Part shown: one piece after another, positions 56,259 to 64,000 of the stretch
Position numbering within the stretch: the stretch's first letter is position 1
How the letters are laid out: the number at the start of each line of letters is the position of its first letter
NCBI GenBank assembly: GCA_964016885.1
Contig: OZ024746.1
Location: 58,652,001 to 58,716,000 of the forward strand
DNA: 64,000 bases
Source of the DNA: Eledone cirrhosa
Taxonomy: Eukaryota
Direction: 5' to 3'
Position numbers and translations under genes: made by a program
The notes under the pieces: model-generated
The model's database searches: none
What the model was told of the DNA's origin: nothing
The model's input: the letters and a program-made list of their open reading frames with translations, nothing else

Positions 56259-58617
56259 CCTAATAATAAGCAGAAATTCAGCAATTTGGGATTTAAAAAA
56301 AGTTCATTTAACCCGCCTCAAGCACTCGACTACTGCTAGTTTATTTTATCGACTCAAGAAAATGCAAAATGTACCAAACAATCATTTTGTGTTGTCTATT
56401 GAACTCTGTCCTAAACACCTTGTGTTGTCTATTGAACTCTGTCCTAAAGCAAGGTTGGCTCCAGTTAGATTTAAATTCGGAACTTAAAGAATTGGGACAA
56501 TGAATGGCAAAGATTTTGTTTGACGCTCTAACGATTCTGCTAATGCGGGATCCTTAATATTGGTTTCTAATTTAGACACATGACACAGAATTCGGGAAGG
56601 TGTAACTGACTGGTTCTTTAGACCTATCTATACCAGGAGGATTTAATTCAAAATAGACATCGTTGGGATTTTTATTCAGAATGTGAAAAGCCAGATCAAA
56701 ATACCTAAAGCATTTGACTAACGGTCCAGTAAAGGGTTAAGCTTGTGCTCACTTGATCGTGTAGTAGATGCTACTCCATAAAAGTAAATTCGGTATAGTA
56801 GTGGTCGATAGAAATTACGATGGATGTGTTGAATCTGTGCTGAACATGTTAAAATAATTATTAACGTACGTAAAGTTATATATGATTTGAGTTAAAATAC
56901 GGCTATGATTCAAATGACAAAAGGTTTTTAATATTTTGTGCTGATAGAAAGATATTCGTCTGGAATATTTGTCGAGTACTAGTAGTTCGATGTTCTCAAT
57001 TCTGTATAGGCTTCCAACACCCACCCTACTTTCGTCACCCTCGGTTAGCTCATTAGACCTGAAACTGTCAACAAAATGCAAAATGTACCAAGCAATAATT
57101 TGTTGGTGTTGTCTATTGAACTCTGTCCTAAACACCTTATCGTTCTGAAATGTATGTTGCGGCATCTTCAATATTGTATGGTCCAGAGACTTTGTTCGAT
57201 GTTCCTGGTTGTTCATAAATATTTCTCAGTTTCTCCAACCCCCACCCCTTGCTATAAAGTATCCTCATTATCATCATTATCATGGTAATTATTATAATCG
57301 TTATCACCATTATCAATATCGCCCTCATTCATTATATATAACGATAGTGATATTGATTATCAGTTAGAAGTGGTCAATATTTGCCATGATTGCAGCAACA
57401 GTGAAACGGAAGACTCACTGTTTGATGACGCGTCATTGTTAATTGTGAAAGATTTGAAATATAGGTTAAGGCCTGTATATTTTGACAAAGGGAAGTAATC
57501 GATAGAATCGACCTAAACTTTGACAAGTAATACTTCGATCAGCTGTGATATGATGCAGCCCAGCAGAATCTAATAGAATGTGTAGTAATGTTTCACATAT
57601 AGAAAAGAATAGACAATATATGCGCATACCATATGATTTTTTTGCTGTTGCTGTTGTTTTTTTATTTGTTTTTATTGGGAGGGGGGTCTTATGGAATTAC
57701 AGTACGCATAGCACGTTTCTAAATTCCTCTTGAAATCAAATCCTATGGTTCTATCATCCAAAATCTCCCTACATCATTTTATATAAGACTATATGTTTAA
57801 CTACATTCCAAACACAAACTTAACAATGAGAATACTAGTTATATTACTAAATCTCTCCAAATGCTTGATTTTATCAAAGATTGCTTGTATAGCATAGACA
57901 GTATCATACATTAGAAATGTGGCTACGATATTTTTAATAAGGCTGAATGTTACACTTTTTCTTCGGAAGAATAACGCACGACATTTCGATTGTGCTGTAA
58001 GTACAACGATCCTGTATATTATGTAATATCTGTGCTGAGTTACATGTAATTATCTCATTGATTGTCAATATAATTGTGATAAACAACTTTGGTGTTATGT
58101 ATCATAAATGAAATAAGTTATAATTGGTATATTTGATTTATTTCAACATAAATGAAATTATATCATGTAAATTTTAATTGAAAACGTTATTCGTGATATA
58201 TATAAATATGGCGAAGTAGATAAATGTTTAGAGCACCACGTCCTGAGGATGAGGCAATGAAGGAACAACTATCTTTGATAATGGATTAAGTTTCTCGTTC
58301 ATTCTGTAAACGGAAGGCAAGAAACAATTATAAAATTATGAGAAGAAAGACACCCGACTTAATACAAGTGATAAAACATAAAATGTAATGTATCCAACAT
58401 ATGGTTAAAAGAAAAGCTGTGGTCTATATAAACAAACATAAATATATAGATGTGTGTTTATACACACGCATGTGTGTGGTTGCAGGGGCATGCGACTATG
58501 TGCGTCTGTATGGAAACCTCAGAACAGTAACGGAAGAATGGCTTATATGCGTATAAATGCACATATTCTACATGTATTGCTTAAATTCTTCCGCTCATTT
58601 GTGAATTTAACCCCTAT

Positions 58618-58719
<102 letters not shown>

Positions 58720-59104
58720 GTATGTGTATATATAAATATATATATATATATATACGTATATATATATATATATTTGCATGCGTTTGTATGTTTGTGTGTA
58801 GACGAATAAAATAAATTCATTGAATGTGGTATATGGAATGGGACCTAGAAAGAGAGAGATAGGAAATAGAAAGAGACCTGTAATCTAACGAATTATTGGA
58901 AAACGGTTAAAAACGAGGACCAAACAAAGAACTTGTTTAAAAACAGGAATTTTTATAACTGTAATTTTACATTTTTTAATGGTTACGAAACATTATTTTC
59001 TAAAATTATATTTCCCTGTTATTTTAATCTGTGTAACTGTATGCATGCATGTATCTATGTTTATAGAAATAAAGTTATTATATATGTATACGTATATATA
59101 TGTA

Positions 59105-59150
<46 letters not shown>

Positions 59151-59180
59151 AATGTATATATATATAAATATATATATATA

Positions 59181-59226
<46 letters not shown>

Positions 59227-59260
59227 CATTTACATATATATATATATTTATATATATCTC

Positions 59261-59293
<33 letters not shown>

Positions 59294-59397
59294 TATTACA
59301 TATATATATGTATACATTTACATATATATATATTTACATATATATATATTTATATATACATATATATGTATGTATATATATATAAATATATATAAAC

Positions 59398-59437
<40 letters not shown>

Positions 59438-59756
59438 AAATATATATTTATAACGAATATGTAAGTATTCTCGGTATTTTCAGCTTCGTGATTAATATAT
59501 TAAATATGAATATAAATCTTAAGAAATATGTATCGGTAATAAATATAAATTTTTTTATCCAGGCATATATTTAAAATTCTTCTGTACAAGCACGTACGAT
59601 TTTATATATACGTCTACTGAAAATATGAAAACGCTTGCAACCATACACACACACACACGGCACATACCGATAATCACGTAAAAATGTATGAATTTATGTT
59701 ATTTATATTTATCCACCTGTGTATAATTGTGTATGTGTATGTGTATGTATGCGCGC

Positions 59757-59795
<39 letters not shown>

Positions 59796-60279
59796 TGTGT
59801 GTATGTGTGTGTGTGTGTGTGTGTGCGTGTGTTTGTGTGAATGTATGTGTGTGTGCATGTACGTGTGTTTGTGTGTGTGTGTATTCCATATGTGTGCATA
59901 TAGATGATATTAATACGGAATGAAATATGCATTGTCTTCTGTGTGTGAACATGCGTATGTTTAAATGGGTATATGGGTGTTTGTTTGTATGTAAGCATGC
60001 GTATCAGCGTGCAAAAGGAACCATCTTATTTACGAGATGTAGCATTTTTCAAAATGAAAAAATATATTATTTTGTGAAGGCGGCGGAGGTGGTGGAAGAC
60101 TATTTCTGAAAAGTTTTCTAAATATTTGCAAAGAAATCTGAAAATCTTCTTCCACAATAACAATGTTTGATGAAGAATGGGGAATTAACTCCGTACAATA
60201 GTGTAATATAGATGGTTTCTATATTATTTATATTATGAGGCCGTTACATAATATATTGTTCAATTTTGCAGCTTTATGG

Positions 60280-60334
<55 letters not shown>

Positions 60335-60485
60335 AGCTATGATTATGTATTATATCAGGTGAATATTTTTTTCATTTGGAATTCGTTCATTGCCATTTCT
60401 CTCCTTACAATTGGAGTTTTATTAGAAGATTTAACACGTAAATAAGAGAAGAAAACCACATATTTCTCTCTCTCTCTCTCTCACC

Positions 60486-60539
<54 letters not shown>

Positions 60540-60542
60540 GCA

Positions 60543-60573
<31 letters not shown>

Positions 60574-61019
60574 TTAGAGGAAGATGCAAATTCCCGACCG
60601 AGGCGCCTAGCGGTTTCGGCTTCTGTCACAATGTACACATGCATAAAAACCTCCTTTTCGTCAGTTACAAAGACGAGTCTTCCAGTTCGTTCATAGAAAG
60701 CCGGCTCGTGAAATTTACATACAAGCAGTTGAGTATTCCACAGACCCTTGACATAGTTCCCAGGCAGACTCAGCCTGTTACGGTATGTGAGAAGGCGACT
60801 GATTCGACTTAGAGGAACAACACATGTTTGCCAACTGAATGGACTTGAGCAACGAGAACTAAGGAGCCTTGCTCCTAGTATAGAACGTGTTGTCGGGAAT
60901 TAATTTCACTACCAGACGAATAGTCATGCACATACATGACTATTCACATACATGCATATATGTGTACAAACATACCTTCCCACACACACATACATACACA
61001 CACATACACACACACATAA

Positions 61020-61056
<37 letters not shown>

Positions 61057-61057
<1 letters not shown>

Positions 61058-61136
61058 TTTACCCGGGTTCAATCGGGGTTAGCCGCAGTAAGTAAGGTAC
61101 TCAATACATAGAAGAGTATAGGTATTTAATATAGAA

Positions 61137-61184
<48 letters not shown>

Positions 61185-61558
61185 AGCGTCAGGACCCCGT
61201 CGGCTGACCTCCGGCCACTTCGACAGCTTCATCCGAACAGTTCGGATCTAGCTCAGCCGTCGGGGTCCTGACTCCTTTCATATTACCCACTCTACTACCC
61301 TAAGCATGACGCACCAGAGTACTCAATACTTAGGGTAGTAGAGTGGGTAATATGAAAGGAGTCACGACCCCAACGGCTGAGCTAGATCCGAACTGTTCGG
61401 TCTAGCTGTCGAAATGGCCGAAGGTTAGTCGTACGGGGTCCTGACTCTTTTCATATATAAATATATATACATATATATATTTCTATATTAAATATCTATA
61501 CTCTGCTTTTATTGAGTACCTTACTTACTGCGGCTAACCCCGATTAAACCCGGGTAAA

Positions 61559-61562
<4 letters not shown>
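61057..61562. repeat. Nested palindrome built from two short repeat families
   Basis: Outer arms are 61057-61140 and 61480-61562. Inner arms are 61180-61303 and 61329-61455, each itself a hairpin. The inner family also occurs at 40-107, 48572-48680 and 52355-52505. Confidence 0.8.
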
Positions 61563-61605
<43 letters not shown>

Positions 61606-61814
61606 GTATAGGTGCCTGTGTGTGTGTGTGTGGGTATAGAACAAATATATATATATATATATTTGTTATATATACACACACATATAACATTAATCTGTTA
61701 TCTTAATAAATATTTGCTCTAGGGTTCTTATAAATTTATCCTTATCGAGCCCTCTTTGGATTTTAGTCTCCACATTTATTATTATTACTATATATATATA
61801 TATATAAATAAAAT

Positions 61815-64000
61815 AAGGCCACAGGGGACCACCCCACGGTGGATCTCCCAGCGCGGGCAACGACCACACCACGGATTCGGGCCGTGAAGATAGAAAAACG
61901 CATAGCGCCCAAAGGGGAAGCAACAATGCGGGAACCACCAGCAACCCAACAAATCTCCAACAACTCACGCCGCCCCCAACGCACACATATAGGAGGAGAC
62001 ACAGAAAAATCAAGTGGTACAACCCACCCTACTCAGCAGCCCTAAAGAACAGCTTCGCCCGATCATTCTTTGGAGCACTTGATAAATGCTTCCCGAGGGA
62101 CCATAGACACCACAAGATCTTCAACAGACACACTGTGAAGCTCTCGTATTCCACCACGAGAAATCTGGCCCAACACATAGCTAGCATCAACAGGAGTAGG
62201 CTTAAAAACCACACACAACCAGAAGATGGCAATACAAGCACTCAGCAGAACGATGTGGAAGGAGAGAAGGCGGGTCCCAGTGCCCACCCAAGAAACCCAA
62301 ACAGACTCGAGGACCTCCCACCGTGCCCGGGGGAAGACCACCATGTAACACTTAACGGGAACCCCACTCTAGGCATGCAGAGGTCGACCACCCTCTGCAA
62401 CTGCAGAAACCCCGAATCTTGCCCGTTGGTAATGAATGCCTTAAGAAGAACCTAGTATACGGTTGTAGGGTTAAAACCCCCAACTCCGAACACCTCTACA
62501 TAGGAACCATATCAACGAGCTTTAAAGACCGCTTGTACAACCATCACCATTCCTTCAATAAGGAGGCCAAAAGGAAAAGTACGGCTCTCTCCGATCTGAT
62601 CTGGAAGTTTAAGGTGGACAGGACCCCGTATTCTCTGGCCTGGTCCATAATCAGGAAAGTACCACCCGATAAAGGGGGATGTGGCATATGCAAACTATGT
62701 CTGAATGAGACCCTCGAGATACTAAGAGTTGGAAGCGGCCTGATAAACCTCAGAACCGACTTCTTCGGGACATGCAGACACCTCAGGGCCGGGACCTTCC
62801 TCAAGATATATGGACAGTAGCAACACAATAAGATGTGAACTCCCCTCAAGCTATAGGGACTTCTCCAGAACATGTAGACACCTCTCGGCCAGACCTCCCT
62901 CAAGCTATATGGGCAGAAACAACACCATAGGTTGGGAACTCCCCTCAAGCCATAGGGACCAACCCAGGCTGAGCAGACACCATGATTGCCTAGAGATAGA
63001 TTCTGACACAGCCTTTATAATTTGGCCAACATCTTTATAACACACACATTTTACTTTACTTGATTTTTCATTTTTGATTTCTCATTATTCATTTGTTATT
63101 TGTTTTTTGTTTTCTTCACTTTATCACCTTATATTTATATTTAAGTTGAGATTGGTTATAACACACGCACATTTTATTTGATTATCCTCTTTCGTTTTAT
63201 TCTTTTACCATCTTGTTCCTCCTACCACTTTATCCAACATATTTCTGACCTTGAGATTGGTTATGGCACACACACATTTTATCATATTTTATTTGAATCT
63301 TCATTTTTATTTTTCACTTTTCATTTTCATTTTTCATTTTCAATTTTCATTTTTCATTACTTTTTCATTACTTTTTCATTACTTTTTCATTACTTTTTCA
63401 TTATTTTTTCATTTATTCTCTATTTATTATTTATTTTCTGTTTTCTTAATTTTATTGCCTTCTATTTCTTCTTATACATGGCAGAGATGGTGGCAGGAGG
63501 GATGAAGAAACACACACAGATACTTCTAAATGTCAGCAGTAGCAAGACATAAATTGACCACAACACCAACAACACTACCAAAATAAGGGTAGAGGTCAGA
63601 TGTACTTAACAATAGCAAACAAAACACTACAGGGAGCCTCACTCCAGAAAGAATTTCTATAGACTTTTGACTGAGGAATGCTCTCAAAACTGCCCAATGG
63701 GAAGAGTGACCTTACAAATCTGTATATCATTGAGATGGGTATAACACACGCACACATTTAATTCGATTATTTTATTTTATTTTGTTCCTTTACCATCTTA
63801 TTCCTTCTACCACTTTATCATTTTTTTTAGCTGACTCCAACAACAACACCACTACCAACATAAGAATAGAGGTCAGATGTACCTAACAATAACAAGAACA
63901 ACAACTACAGATAGGCTTGCCTCAGAAAGAATTTCTATAGACTTTTGACTGAGGAATGTTCTAACAACTGACCAATGAGACGAGAAGAAGCCCTTTGACG
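61815..64000 (+). mobile_element. Penelope-like element 5 (5'-truncated linker + GIY-YIG) with duplicated 3' UTR modules
   Basis: The frame reads KWYNPPYS..LDKCFP..IFNRHTVKLSYST..LCNCRNPESCP, then after a frameshift NECLKKNLVYGCRV..LYIGT..FKDRLYNH..ALSDLIW..YSLAWSI..CKLCLNE..CRH. The UTR segment 63575-63680 repeats at 63835-63960. Confidence 0.88.

Overview
This is eukaryotic, AT-rich, microsatellite-saturated DNA with a 200-N scaffold gap at 15532-15731. I found no recognisable host gene. The SINE types and (TA)n/(CA)n density suggest a cephalopod such as Octopus, but that is an inference. The window holds one R4/Dong-type RLE non-LTR retrotransposon remnant inside (TACA)n and five Penelope-like element (PLE; RT and/or GIY-YIG) remnants. 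It also holds two tRNA-derived SINE families, a ~2.7-kb tandem duplication and many short fold-back or partial-tandem inserts in (TA)n. Two signals stand out. (1) The PLE at ~46.8-47.8 kb has a 315-codon frame interrupted only by two in-frame TGA codons, both aligning to Cys in a related PLE in this window. This makes it a candidate selenocysteine-recoded GIY-YIG retroelement. (2) More than a dozen type-I hammerhead ribozyme motifs from many apparently unrelated short families occur here. They include recurrent non-canonical cores (U3-A8, U4A/U4C, C.A or U.U at the base of stem II, very long stem II). Nearly all listed [12 protein letters not shown] ORFs are microsatellite artefacts. All alignments and RNA pairings were done by eye.
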